From NCBI RefSeq assembly GCF_009914755.1, contig NC_060932.1: DNA of 64,000 bases; one strand, given 5' to 3'. Positions 1 through 14,933 of this stretch are shown here, in pieces. A model generated the notes under the pieces. It ran no database searches, was not told the DNA's origin, and saw only the letters and a list, made by a program, of their open reading frames with translations. Position 1 is the first letter of the stretch. Every line of letters starts with the position of its first letter. The translations under genes were made by a program, and so were the position numbers. The DNA is from the human T2T-CHM13v2.0 reference genome, Homo sapiens.

Positions 1-610
1 AAAAGGTATCTTGGACACTGGAGCCGCATATCAGCTGGTAGGAAGATCCCAAGGTCTGTGAGTTGAGAGTTTTACCTATATCCCTACCCTACCCCAATCA
101 TACACAGAGCCTACTGTTAATTCTTAATAACCAACTCATATAACTAATGTGGAAGCCCAGACGCCCAGCTCCTTTTGCTTGACGCAGGACTAACTGAGGT
201 GTCTGGCACACTGAAAGCTTCCTTCACAATCAGGCTGAACCTGGAGCTTCTCCTGAAATTACAGCCGTGTTTGTCTCTTTTCCATTCCCTTTCATGCTTC
301 AACCACCCCTTTCTGTTTTCCCTTGGTCAGATTTAGAAAAATATATATATATAAGACACCCGGCAGAATTTGAATTTTAGTTAAATAACAATTGTTGCTT
401 TTGTTGCTGTAGTTCTTGTTTTTGTTTTGATTTTTTTCAGTACAAGTATATCTGATGCAGTATTTGTGATACAGTTATACTGAAATATTATTTGTTGCTT
501 ATATAAAATTGAAATTTAACCAGATATTCAATATTTTATGTGGTATCCCTAGCTGGAAAGTCTTCCACCCAAAAATCACCTGCACCCTTATTCTTTGCTC
601 AGGGAAAACT
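1..610 (+). mobile_element. LTR16-family (ERVL) LTR fragment, split by MER53 at 323-551
   Basis: LTR16-like text 'atgtggaagcccag...cagctcc...tgaggtgt...atcaggctga...cctgaaatt' stops near 320. It resumes at 552 with the 'ctggaaagtcttcc...aaatcacctgcac...ctcaggg' 3' end. Confidence 0.65.
323..551. mobile_element. MER53 palindromic MITE-like DNA transposon fossil
   Basis: Inverted arms 'cagattt...gacacccggcagaatttgaattttag...aaataac' and 'gttgcttatataaaattgaaatttaaccagatattc...ttttatgtggtatcccta' match the MER53 layout. Confidence 0.8.
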
Positions 611-757
611 GTTTCAAAACAGGGAGCTGGCGTCCGTTTCTGTTGTCTACAACCAGTAAAACTGAGGAAGGCAGATGTATTCTGTTTCCAGAGTTATACC
701 ATAAGGATAATATATAACCTTTATAGTCTTGTAACAACCTACTATAAAAGTAGATAT

Positions 758-1275
758 TGTGTTGGATATTATTTATTGGCTCCTCCAAATCCATCTTCTA
801 CCATTTTCCACCTTTGTCTATGCCTTAAGGGCTGAATGGCTGAACTTTGTATCAGGAATAACCTGTCCTATCCTGCCCTGTGACCTCTGGGGTTTTGGGG
901 GTAGGAACCACAGAAAACCCCCACAGGAAGTCTGAGTATGGCAGGCAGAAGATACATGTTTTGGTGTTCATGTACCTGATCTTTTCCCTATCAGGCCAAG
1001 GGTTTAAGCAGCTATACTTCTCCACTTAAGGCCCCAGATCCTGTCTGTGGCCTCATCTCCTGCTCTCTTCTCTGTTGATTTTAGTGACTTCGCACTCCTC
1101 TTGAGCTCTCAAGCCTAGGGGTAATAACCCTCTTTATTTTGTCTAGCCCAAGGATGCTTCACCACCCCTTATAAATTTCCCTTACCTTGGCCCACACCTT
1201 TGTAAATATTCCTACATTAATAATCATTCTTCAATCAACACTTTGCCATATTTCTGCCAGGGCCCAACTATTCCA
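758..1275 (+). mobile_element. LTR33 (ERVL) solo LTR
   Basis: Starts 'tgtgttggatatt...ctccaaatcca'. Contains 'gcctaggggtaataac', 'gcttcaccacccctt' and 'cccacacctttgtaaata', which are typical of LTR33. Confidence 0.75.
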
Positions 1276-1434
1276 AATATTAAAGCATTAAAAACAAACA
1301 AACAAACCCACCGAAAGTAGTAGTAGAAATTATTCTTATCTTATTGTAATAATATTTTTATTAATAATATCTGGGATATTACTAATATCCCAAATTTAAT
1401 TTATTTAATAACTTAATACATGATGATGTGATAA

Positions 1435-1733
<299 letters not shown>

Positions 1734-1921
1734 TGATAAGTTAATTTAATTAATCTATTATTAATTTATTCATTTAATGTAGATATTATTTTACTTTTAA
1801 GCCAATGTTTCCAATTTATGTATAATATTTATATTGCTTTAATAGCAATATTGGAAACCTAAAATATGAAGTTTATTTAACAATTAGAGGAGTTATTTTA
1901 AATGTTGCCCTTCATCGATGG

Positions 1922-2130
1922 TCAGAACATGGACTTTGATGCCAGATAAACATGTGTTTGTTTCTTGGACCAAATTCATAATAGGCATAAAACCTTAGTT
2001 ACTTTATATTTACAGATTTCAATTTTGATACCCACTAACTTAGAATAATTGAACTTACTTTGTGGACAGTAAGTTGTGAAGAAGAAACTAAAAATGTATG
2101 TAAAGTTCCCAGCACAATCTGGTATTTGTG
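1922..2130 (+). mobile_element. MIR remnant
   Basis: 'agaacatggactttgatgccaga...gttgtgaag...atgtatgtaaagttcccagcaca' resembles degraded MIR. Confidence 0.55.
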
Positions 2131-2537
2131 TTATAGACAGAATAATTGGCGGCCATTTGTATCCACTTACATATTATTGGATTTAACCTGAAATTTTCTC
2201 TAGTTTTGTGATAGTAGTAATTGCAAAATTTTTTAAGAATTATAAGCACTCTATATGCAATGTATGACCCCATAAATGTAGGCAATCATTATCATGAGAG
2301 AGAGAAGAGATGGAAGCCAGACCAGGTACAAGAAAATGGTTTCTAGTCTTTCTCCAGGAGTGTAATAAATTATGAGATCAACTACAACAAAAAATAATAT
2401 TCTTGTGGGAGTTTACAAAAGGTTAATATTTCTAAGTAAAGAAAGTTTTTGTGGCATTTCACCAGTAATGACCTTAATCTTCCTGATTGCTAAGACCCTT
2501 GCTCTCTTCCCCAACTGAATCCTAATATGTCTTCTTA

Positions 2538-3264
<727 letters not shown>

Positions 3265-3527
3265 CCAGGGATTCCTGAGCCAGGAAGCAAGGATGCAGTT
3301 CTGTTTTAAAGTCATGATTTTATTACATCAAAGGCAAGCATGTTCTGGGGTTAGAATCCAGGACAAAGGATGTATTTATCCTTTTTCACTTCTCTGTGCT
3401 CACATTATCCTTCTAATATTGTGTTAACCCTTTAGTCATACAGATTAAGAGAGAAATATAATTGTCACATATACCTCCTCCGTCATAATATGCTTTCTTA
3501 GCTCTGTTGCCTTGAAAATGATGTTCA

Positions 3528-3632
3528 AGCAATCCACCATGGCACACATTTACCTATGTAGCAAACCTGCACATCCTGAGCATGTACACCAGAACTTAAA
3601 ATTAAAATTAAAATAATTTAATAAATAAATAA
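3528..3632 (+). mobile_element. Short 5'-truncated L1PA 3' end
   Basis: 'ccaccatggcacacatttacctatgtagcaaacctgcacatcctgagcatgtacaccagaacttaaa' plus an A-rich tail. TSD-like 'atgatgttca' and 'atgatattca'. Confidence 0.85.
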
Positions 3633-3755
3633 AGATGATATTCAGACTCATTTTCATGACAAGCATAGAGCACCTTTGATGTAGAATTCCTGTCTACCTC
3701 TCCTGCTCCCTTTTTAAAATCAATATCCCAAATGTCTTCATACCAACCTGACTAG

Positions 3756-4156
<401 letters not shown>

Positions 4157-6009
4157 TGAAACTTTTTTTTTTTTTTTTAACAGAACTTACAGGGAGTCAC
4201 ATTCTTCCTTTGGTTCAGTTTCCCATGCTTCATATCCCCACCAAAATAGTAAAGCCTCTACATCCACCATCAGGGCCTAGATAGAGGAAAGACAGGAAAT
4301 TTGTTCCCATATTAGGCCAGCTGATTACAGTGATCCCTTCAAGCAGCATGCTGGAAGCGTAAGCAGCCTGTCTGCTCCATGTCATCTCCTTCAAAAACTT
4401 CGGCACACCATTTGAAAGGCACGGGAATCTTCTTGCTATTTTGTCAGGTGTGAAATATCATGAAATAAGTTGAAAATTATTTTCTCTAGGCTTTCAATGA
4501 ACAAACAAAATGAATCCTGGAAGTTCATCTGTGGTCTTGCGTAGCTCACCAGCATATGTCTTCAGCAAAATTTAGGTGTGAAAAGCTTACACAGGGAGAG
4601 TTTCCATGAAATTGGAAACTTTATGGAAGCTCAAAGTTGCCCAAGGAGTCAGAGGTCACGCCTACCTCCCATCTCTGCGTTTTTAATGTACACACACCTA
4701 AGAGCTGGCAGAGATCAGCAAATTAAGAGGTTGGTGTTGGAAGCAAAGATCAGTAAGATGAGTAAGAAAACTCCAGTGACAATGCACCTGGGTTTTTGTA
4801 GACAAAACATTTCGTTTGAAGAAGGTGGGGACTAGTATCGGCTCAGAAAGCAAGGTCCGGTTTTGATGGGGAAAAGGGATCCATTCTGGAGGCAGGAAGG
4901 TGTCATCTCCGGATGAAGAGAGCTCTGATGTGCAGGCACTGGTGGGAGGTATGGCATTCACTGCTCCAAGTGGATGTGGGGCTCCCTTTGTTTCAGTCAG
5001 AGCCCCAGAAGGGATTGAGTATTGTTGGGGAAATTGCTACTGGCGAGATACTGGCAGCAGGTATGTTTCACGATGCTTTTACAGTAGTCAAGTTTAGCCA
5101 AGTCTTAAGGAATAATTCAGATATTAATGCAGAAGAAGGTTTGAGGTGGGAGAAGGGGCCACAGGCACTCTTTGGACTCCGGGGCCTTGGAAGCAGCTCT
5201 GGCAGCAGCCTCTCCTCCCATCTCTCTTTAGAAAAAGTAGCTGCAGATCCAGGGAGACTTTGTCTCCTCAACATACATACAGGCGTCTGTAAATTAGATG
5301 TTCGCTGTTAAGTTTGCAGATGGAGGATTCTACATAGCCAGCAGGGATTGAATAGCGCATGCGATAAATGCACCCTAAACGTCTTTCTTTGGTACTTCCT
5401 TTTAACTCCGCAAAATAAGATAGCACTAGTAGGAAAGAAACCAAGGAATCTGCTTGGTAAGTTTTTAAAGTAAAGAGAAAAACATGTTTTAGAGGTGAAT
5501 ACATGGCACATCAGATGGGACATAGGACGAAATCTCTCCACAGCAATGAAGAATTCACTGAGTCTATATGCCCTCGTGGAAAGAGACAGTGGAAGAGCTG
5601 AATGCCCGGTAGAGTATGTGTGAATTGAAGAACCAAGCCACTTCCATCACCTTTTATCACAGACATGACTTAGCAAAGGCCTGGTATCCAGGTCCCTCTC
5701 ACCTCTCTGGGTCTTGGCCCTATGCCCTCTGCTGTTTTTCTTTCCACCTCCTTTTCTGTCTCCGAAACTCTAAGTCATTTTACAGCTTGTTGGCTTGTGA
5801 CCTTAATCTGACCTGCAATTTTTGGATTGCTTTTAAATTGAATGTAAATGTTTTTAGTTACTAATATGCTCTCTCCAGTAAAACAGTCGATATTACATGC
5901 TTTACTTCTGCTTTATACACGTTCTTAACTTCCTGATGGCTATTATGAGTCTGTGTGCCTACCAGTGAGCCTCCCTTCACTTCACCCAGGAAACCTTTCC
6001 TCTCCACCC

Positions 6010-6558
6010 TGTGATGGTGAATACTGAGTGTCAACTTGATTGGATTGAAGGATGCAACGCATTGTTCCTGGGTGTGTCTTTGAGGTTGTTGCCAAAAGAG
6101 ATTAACATATGAGTCAGTGAACTCAGAGAGGCAGACCCGCCTTCAATCGTGGTGGGTATCCTCAAATCAGCTGCCAGCAAGGCTAGGACAAAAGCAGGCA
6201 AAGGAACGTGGAAGGACTAGACTGCCTGAGTCTTCCGGCCTCCATCTTTCTCCCGTGATGGATGCTTCCTGTCCTCGAACATCAGACTCCAAATTCTTCA
6301 GCTTTTGGGCTCTTAACCTTACACCAGTGATTTGCCAGGGTCTGTTGGGCCTTCAGCCACAGACTGAAGGCTACACTGTCAATTTCCCTACTTTTGAGGT
6401 TTTGGGACTCGGACTGGCTTCCTGGCTCCTCAGCTTGCAGATGTCCTATGGTGGGACTTCACCTTGTGATCGTGTGAGTCAGTTCTCCTAATAATCTCCC
6501 CTTCAGGTATTCACCTATCCTAATAGTTCTGTTCCTTTAGAGAACCCTGACTGATACA
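6010..6558 (+). mobile_element. MLT2A (MLT2A2-like) HERV-L solo LTR
   Basis: TG...CA termini. Starts 'tgtgatggtgaatactgagtgtcaacttgattggattgaaggatgc' and ends 'agagaaccctgactgataca'; ~550 bp. Confidence 0.9.
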
Positions 6559-6720
6559 TCCTTAATATAAACTGAGTGATCTTGTTATGAGTTCCCACAG
6601 AAAAGCATTCCTATATACAGCATAGCTCTTATTACACTGCATCTTTCTTGAAAACAGGGGTTAGTATTTTGTCTGTGTCACCAATACCTATTATGGTGCT
6701 TGACACATATACATACTCTT

Positions 6721-6770
<50 letters not shown>

Positions 6771-6790
6771 ATCTATCCATCCGTCCATCC
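6721..6790. repeat. (TCTA)12 tetranucleotide STR with TCCA tail
   Basis: Uninterrupted TCTA run at 6721-6768, then 'tcatctatccatccgtccatcc'. Confidence 0.95.
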
Positions 6791-8444
6791 TCATCTCCCT
6801 CTCTATTTAGTTTTAAGGATTCTGAAAACAGAATATTCAGATAATGCTGAGAAATTGTGCCATTCAACAGATGATGAAAGAAGCTGAAGCCTGTTAATTT
6901 AGAAAAGTTAAACCATTTGAGGACACAATGTTTTTATAACACACCATTTCATAATAGAGCAAACTATTTTACTTTTTCCCCCTAATTGCATGCACTGCAT
7001 TTTTTATTGGACCATGCACTCCTTAGGAGCAGAGAGCCTGCTTGCTACTTCTGCATTATGAAGTCTCCAGAGCCCTGCAGATGGTATATGTGCAGTAAAT
7101 CTATTATAAATGAATAAAATATCTGAAGCCTTGGGGGTAAGGAAGCATGTTTATTTGCTTTTCAAAATGTAGAGCTAGATCCCATGGGTGGCACTTAAAA
7201 GGAAGAGGACTCGAATTCTCTGAGAGAGGGGATGAAATGACTGGAGTGGCACAAACATCTGATGGACTATTTAGTGAGAGTCATGAGTGTCGGGGTTCAT
7301 GGCCATTTGAGATCCCTCTTCAAAAGTACAAACTTCCCTTTGAGGCCATGTGGTTTGATGCTCTCATAACTGCAAGTCCCTGGCACTCTATCAGGAAGAG
7401 ATTTATTAAATGTAACAGACCAGAATATTATTACATAAAGAACATTGTCCCTTAGCTGTAATCAAATTACCCAGCCATCTGATGGTTTCCCTCATTTCCT
7501 GAGCAGTTTATATTTTCTATCACTGCTACTTGGTGAGAACCAGATTTGTGTCTGTCCACCGTGCTGGACACAGCCACATTGGAAATTATATCTCCAATAT
7601 CGATTGAATAGAAATATCAGAAGACTCCGTACCAGGTGGTTTTTTAGTTTGTTGGATATTTACTGTTATTTTGCTGCTTATTTTTCGGCGCCAATTTCTC
7701 TTTGGTGTTCCAACAAAAGTTAAAGTAGCCAGTTAATCACCCTTGATTTTTATTCCACCCTATTACTTCTAGTTTCTGAACAGTTTTTGAAAATCTTTTG
7801 AAGTGTTATGTCCAGTGATTTACATAGAAGTAGAAGGCTGTAAAGTTGATAGTTGGCTATCACGGTGATGGTATGACATAAGAACCCAGGGATACCTGAT
7901 ATGACTCTTCAGCCAAACATGACTCCACAGGTGAGTGAAACATGAAGACACTGAGACATCTGCAAGTTGGAAGCAGCCCAGGTGACAATTCACTATTAGG
8001 TAGGGCTTTAGACACAACTCCCAATCAAACTTGAGTAAGCTGTCATGGACACAAATGAATTGCAAGTCTCACATGCTGTATGAGCCATCTTTGAATTTGA
8101 TTCCTTTTAGCCTCATCACCAAAAGCCACACTCTAAGTTGTTGTCAAGACATATTTTGCTCTCTGCACTAATCCAAAGCTATATCCGGTGTGTCAGGCAA
8201 GTATTTAACAGCACCCGTGAGATCCTGGGAAGTCCTTCATCTAGCTGAGAGGGTTTACCAGGTATCACCTTAATTATGTATGAATTCTGAAATATTTAAG
8301 CTTTGATTTCAGGTTTAATTTGACTTAGAGAATTGTATTTCCTAGGGAGAGTCTAGCTCAGAAACAGCTTTAGTTTTTACTTGGCAATTTGGATATTTGG
8401 ATATCTTCTGTATGTATGTCCTGCTTGTAGACTTATACTATGTA

Positions 8445-8884
8445 CAGTTGACCCTTGAACAACATGGGGTTGAATTGAACAAGACTGCTTATACACAGAC
8501 TTTCTGCTACTCCTGCCACCCCTGATATAAAAGACCAACCCCTACTCATCCTTCACCACCCCAGGCTACTCAACATAAAGATAATAAGAATGTAGACCTA
8601 TACGATGATCCACTTCCACTTAATGGATAGGACATATATTTTCTCTTCCTTATGCTGTTCTCAGTAAAATTTTCTTTTCCTCTAGCTTACTTTATTGTGA
8701 GAATACTGTATATAATACATATACAACATATGAGTTGATCAACTGTTTATATTATCAGTAAGGCTTCCAGTCAACAGTAGGCTATAAGTAGTTAAGTTTG
8801 CAGGAAGCTAAAAGTTGTACACAAATTTTAAACTGCGTGGGGGATTGGTTTTCCCTCACCTCCACATTGTTTAGGGATCTGCAG
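8445..8884. mobile_element. Tigger2a (TcMar-Tigger) non-autonomous DNA transposon
   Basis: Left TIR 'cagttgacccttgaacaacatgggg', degraded right TIR, TA on both flanks, ~440 bp. Confidence 0.85.
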
Positions 8885-9177
8885 TACCTAGGACAACTAG
8901 CTGTTATCTATAGCATACTGAGTACAGATTTGTTCAGTTAAACCAAAAGTTTATTTGGTACTTTTTTTTTAACCTTTCAAAGTGCTGTAGGCTATGTTTC
9001 TGCCATTTACTTCGGTACTCCATGAAAGGGATTTCCGTTTACCCAGCCAGCTCCAAAAGTTACCTCAATGTTTTCCCAGCCTCTGGTGTTTCCTCGCTTT
9101 TCAGCTTCTTTCTGCCACTCTTTATCAAAGCCAATGAAATATATTATGTTAGTTCCCGAGTCCTAGATTCCAACTTC

Positions 9178-9460
9178 TGTATCAGTTAGCTATTACTATT
9201 TAACAAAAATCTCAAAACCTAATTACTTAAAATTACCATTTATTTAGCTCGTGATTCTGTATTTTGGAAAACGTCTGGGTTCAACCTTTGCTAAACTTTT
9301 GGCTTTGCTCTCTTTTGTGTCTGTGGCTTGTAGTGGGAAGTTATTCTAACTCGTCCTGGCTCATGTTGTCTTTTATTTTCCAGCGGGCTAGACCATCTGG
9401 CCTCCTTATGACTCAATAGCTGATTGCACGTACATGAGTGAGCGAAGCTGGGAAATAAGA
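9178..9460 (-). mobile_element. MLT1 (ERVL-MaLR) LTR fragment
   Basis: 'tgtatcagttagctatt...taacaaa...ctcaaaac...ttaaaa...catttatttagctcgtgattctg' is the reverse-complement MLT1 3' end. Confidence 0.6.
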
Positions 9461-9778
9461 ATCACCCGTTTGAATTCAGATAAAATTCCCAAATCAAAAC
9501 TTTAAAGCTAAATATGTGGTTGTTGTTTTAAGCCCCAGTATTTAAGGGTATAAAAGCTAACTCTTATTGCTACAGGACATGTCAAAAACCTATAGAACAT
9601 ATACTTCCCAATGTCCATGGAATTAAGGCAAAAAGGCTGCTGATAAGTCTGCATACTTAAAAGTCTCTTGCGTATCTATATGGAAACAAGTAAAAATAAA
9701 TGAGTAATAAATAAATAATTAAATAGGAAGAAAGAATGAGACAGAATTGGTTAGAAAAAGACTAAAAGAATAAGTGAA

Positions 9779-10201
<423 letters not shown>

Positions 10202-11603
10202 TCAACATTGATTTTTGATTGCATGTCAGAAAGTGTGTATGGGGTTGGGACCTTCATTATTGTTTGGTTGGCTTAACAAGAGGTCTTGAGGAGATGGAAC
10301 TACTAGGACAAGTGTTCGGAAATAAAATTGTATCTAAATTAATAATGACTTTCCCTTGCACAATGGGTCCTTTTTTTGGTCCTGGAAACTGGACACTTTC
10401 CGTGAAAACAGTGACGCATGGCCCCATTACTACAATAAAGAGCAGTCTTCAGGTACAGTGATCATATCCTCCCCATGCACACAAAATTATGTTCTGCAGG
10501 TATAAGGGAAGTATAGGAAAAATACTGCAACAAGATTTTCTTACTACTCCAGAGAACATGTTATCCTTGAAAAACCTAAATTACAGTTCAGATCATAGGC
10601 CTATCAGTCAAGTTAATCCCTGAACAGACTGAAAAGCTGAACTTTTAATACAATCATAACTCTCTTCACTCTATCTCTTGCCCTTTCTCTCTCTCTCGGT
10701 TATGACTTTGTTGAATGTTTACATAATGTAACAACTAATCAAATAATCTGTCCTATAAACATTTAAGCTTTCTAAAGTTGTTCCTAATTACAACCCTACT
10801 TTTGCTGCACTAGAATCAGATTAAACACCATAACAATAATCCAATGCCTTAAGATAAAGTAGTAGGTGCATTAGCAAGAAAAATGTGGTTGTGTTTAATT
10901 TAGATTCTTCTTGTAGGCTCATAGCATATTCTAGTATAAAACATTTACCCTTAAGCCTTGGAAACTGGCTTTATGGATCTAGGCTTTTACATTTAGTGGT
11001 ATGTGTCAACAAGGAAATCTTGTATTTTCCCTCGCATCCAACATTTGCAAATCAGTGGAGAGGTCACATTTAATAAGCCCTACGTTCCAAGTTGGAAAAC
11101 AATAAACAAAATTAAGTTAAAGTTACCAGATGGTGGGTTAATAGATGCTGAGTAGCAAAAATAACATTGGCCACTATAATTAACATTTTCTCGTGCCGAA
11201 TTATCCTATCTATTAAACCATGTGATAACCAGTGCTCTCTTTTGGTTTAATTATTGCCAAGAGGGACCAGGGACTCTGTAGACACTTGGATTATACAGCA
11301 CTGCAGCTGTTGTAGCTGGCTCCCTGTAGTGGGTACAATAGAGTCCCTGCTGAGGGCTGATCCTCCCCTGGAGGAATACTGAAAAAGACAAAAAGACAGT
11401 AGTTGTAGAAGACCAGGAGACAGAACTGTTGGAGCTCTCCATTGAGGAGGTGGCTCAGGAGGCATGTGGGGCTAAATAAATCTTGGAAATGGAAAAAACT
11501 GGGTTTGTTACAGTAAAGAATATTTGTTTTAATTTCAAACTACAGGATCTTAAAATATATTTCTCCTTTTCATCATATATCCCCCTGCTCCATGAAGATT
11601 CAT

Positions 11604-12072
11604 TGTATTGTTGTTATTGATGTAACAAACCTCACTGATATTTACTTACATACAGCTGTAGCAATATTTATTTTAATTATGAATGTACTATTTGGACAGG
11701 AATTGGCAGTAGGTCATTACTGCTCCATTTGGCTTCAGCTGGCTCTGGGGGTGAGAACAGCTGGCACAATGTCTCCAGTATCATTCGCTTTGTGGACTCC
11801 CCAGCATGGTGGCTTCAGGTAGCTGGACTTCCGGTACGGCATCTCAGGGTTCCAAAGACACATTCTGAGAGAGTAAGAGAGAGAAAGAGGTGGAAGATGT
11901 AGCCCCTTTTCTAATTTAGCCTCAAAAGTCACACTGCATTGCTTCCACCTCATTCTATGCATTATATAAAAGTCACTAAAAGCAAGTTTATATTCGACGA
12001 AAAAGGAATTATTCCTCACCTTTTTATGCGAGGATTGACAAACATTTAGAGGTAAACTTTAAAATCCCACTC
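11604..12072 (-). mobile_element. MLT1 (MLT1H-like) LTR
   Basis: 'cagcatggtggcttcaggtagctggacttcc', 'ggtggaagatgtagcccctttttct...tagcctcaaaagtcacac...cttccacctcattcta'. Confidence 0.65.
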
Positions 12073-13358
12073 TTTGAAAGTTAATATCTTAAAATTCTGT
12101 GCTTTATATAGGTTTTATTTATCTTTGACCAGATCTTTGGACAGATGCTCAGAACTTATTCTTTAATAATGTCGTTTTTAATTGGTGTACCTCTTGGTAT
12201 AGCTGGATTTTTGTTGAACCAAACAATGTGTATTCCACTGTCCCTCTGACAGTTGTCTCCAGTGATCCTGCCAGTAAGATAGTTGGGAGGTCATGCTTAA
12301 AAATAAATAAATAAATAAATAACAGGAGACTATATCAGGCCACAACTTAAGATACTTTCCAATTAAAAACTTTTAAATGGAGGGCAGTCCATATATAATT
12401 TCTATATAAATAATCTCATGATGAGTCTTTTATTGAAAGGTGCCATGTCTATTTTCTAATAATTTAGCATGCCAAGTACCTTGGGATATACCCCAAACAC
12501 ACTCAAGAAATGGTTGTTAACAGGATGTATAGTCCTCTCAAGATAACCATTATAAGGAATGTAACCATTAATATCTGTTGAACACTTCCTATAGGCCAGA
12601 CATTGGTACCTAAGTAGAAGCCCTTAAATATTTTTGAATGAGGTGAAACACAAAACAAAGCAAATCAAATAAATAATAATGTATTGTCATTATTTGACCT
12701 TCCCGAAGCCTCTTCAGAAGAGCTCCTAGCACAGTGCTGAGCTCTAGAGCCATTTGTGTTTGTTTGGGGCGGGGGGATGCAGATCCCCATGCCACAGCCA
12801 CAAGGAAAGGCAGAGGGGGCTCAGTAGAGGTACCTGCAGTGTGCCATATGCACGGAAGTGGTAGTGAGAGTCCGACTGTTGTTGCTGGGGGAGACCATTT
12901 CATGATGGAGAAATCAAGCCCAGGGAGAGTAAAAGTCTTCCTGTGTCCCAGAACTAATTGATGGCGGAGCCAGGATATGCCCACATGGTCTAATTCAAGC
13001 CTTTATTTAGTGAGTGGTCTCCAGAGTGGCAAGGTCACATTCTATGGATTTACAGATTGATCTATTGGGGTGTCAAAGTAAAATAGAACAATTCTCATAC
13101 ATATTTTTCTCACATTTTAAAAATAAATTACTTAATATGATTAAATGTATGCACAAACACATATATAAAGACATTAAGATATATATATATACGTACACAC
13201 ACACACACCCCTATAGAAAAATATATTCATTTTTTAAATTTACATGTATATGTGAAAATGTTTTAAGGTGATCACTGAATTAAGTCATAATTGGTGCTGC
13301 CCACTGGTGTTCTTAAAGTAAGAACCACTTGTTCCAATATTTACATCAAGAACACAAA

Positions 13359-13662
13359 GGCTGGGCACAGTGGGTCATGCCTGTAATCCCAGCACTTTGA
13401 GAGGCCGAGGTGGGCAGATCACCTGAGTTCGGGAGTTCAAGGCCATCCTGGCCAACAGGATGAAACACTGTCTCTACTAAAAATACAAAAATTAGCTGGG
13501 CGTGGTGGCATGCGCCTGTAGTCCCAGCTACTCAGGAAGCTGGGGCAGGAGAATCGCTTGAACCCGGAAGCGGAGGTTGCAGTGAGCCGAGATCATACCA
13601 TTGCACTCCAGCCTGGGCAACAAGAGTGAAACTTCATCTCAAAAATAAAAAAATAAAAAAAA
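13359..13662 (+). mobile_element. Alu (AluSp/Sq-like)
   Basis: Full dimer with the 'ccattgcactccagcctgggcaacaagagtgaaac' diagnostic. Confidence 0.95.
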
Positions 13663-14933
13663 TGAGAAATAAGCAACATTTTTCTGAATTGGAATATGTG
13701 TTCAATTACTCTGAGTAGCTTTCCAGTTGATAGTCAAGTGGCGCGATTATTTCAAAAGCTATTAGTTCCTATAGATTAAATTATATCTAACAGTCGCCAC
13801 CCTCAACCGCATTAAAACATCAGGACATTTTATACCGTTCTCTCAGCTTTCTCAAGGGCTCCATTAGCATCGTGAGAAACTTAACACTGAATTGGCAAGT
13901 AATTAAATGAAGCATATGATGAGCTTCCAAAGCCCTGTTTCTTTCCGGAGGAAACCCAAGTGTCTCACCTGAGTTGAAGTATCCGAAGACTTCTGTCATC
14001 TGGAAACATTATTCCTGGAGCAAGAAAGATCATATTCTATTGTTGATGAGGGGGATAATAGAAAATGTGCTTATCGGGAAGAACAAAGTTATGTTACCTG
14101 GCATGGCTGAGCGTTCACAATCTGTTGTAACAGAGCTAAGACAATTCACTTCCTTTCAAGACACTGTGAAGCACTTACAATGTGTCAGATCCTATAGAAA
14201 GTGAAGAAATAAGCCAAACTTCCTATCTTGAGGGTCTCATATTCTAGCACAAGAGTCATATAAACAAAAAAAAAAAACCCTGTATAATGCTGTGTCATAA
14301 ATTCAAGAATAAATCACTACATAAGGTACGTAACTGTTCCAATTTCAAACGTGACCTGCACTTTTTCTGACATGCCCCACTGTTCTGGCATACAAATGTC
14401 ATCAGAAGACTCAGACACTATCTTACATAATTGCATCAAGCAATTCATCTGGTGTCTTGTGGGTTACAATAAAAATATATACAGAAAAGAAGAGGGAAAA
14501 ATATTATAATAGTATACGCTTATAATCATCCTTATCCCATATCTCCTGGAATTAACCACTGTTAGAATCTAGGCATTGTTATTTTCATCTTAAATTTAAA
14601 AAGTATATTTTGTCATAACATCATACATGGTTATTAAAAATTGAAAAGCATTAAAACAATGAAATAAACCACTGCAAACCTCATTACTTAAAAGTGACAT
14701 CAGGTGCTACCGTAATGGGTATCTTTCACTAAGCATGAACAAATACTTAGGGGATTGGATATGCTGAAGGCATGGAATATTTTATAAAGATGGAATTGTC
14801 TTTTTCTTCTTTAGCTACTCTTTAATTTGTGCCCTCTTTATTGTCTTTTTTTTTTTTTTTGCTAAGTAATCTCACTCATTTTACTACATTTTGCTTATTT
14901 CCTTAAGTATTAGATGAGGGGTTCATTTTCTAA

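Noticed and set aside
4913-5311. 132-aa ORF in non-repeat sequence
   Set aside because: No recognisable domain, and the length is within chance expectation. Only the internal splice-flanked segment is kept as a low-confidence lead.
6117-6491. 124-aa ORF
   Set aside because: Lies wholly within the MLT2A LTR and begins at a non-ATG codon.
6721-6790. Identity with a named forensic STR locus
   Set aside because: The flanks do not match any locus I can recall; it cannot be assigned without a search.
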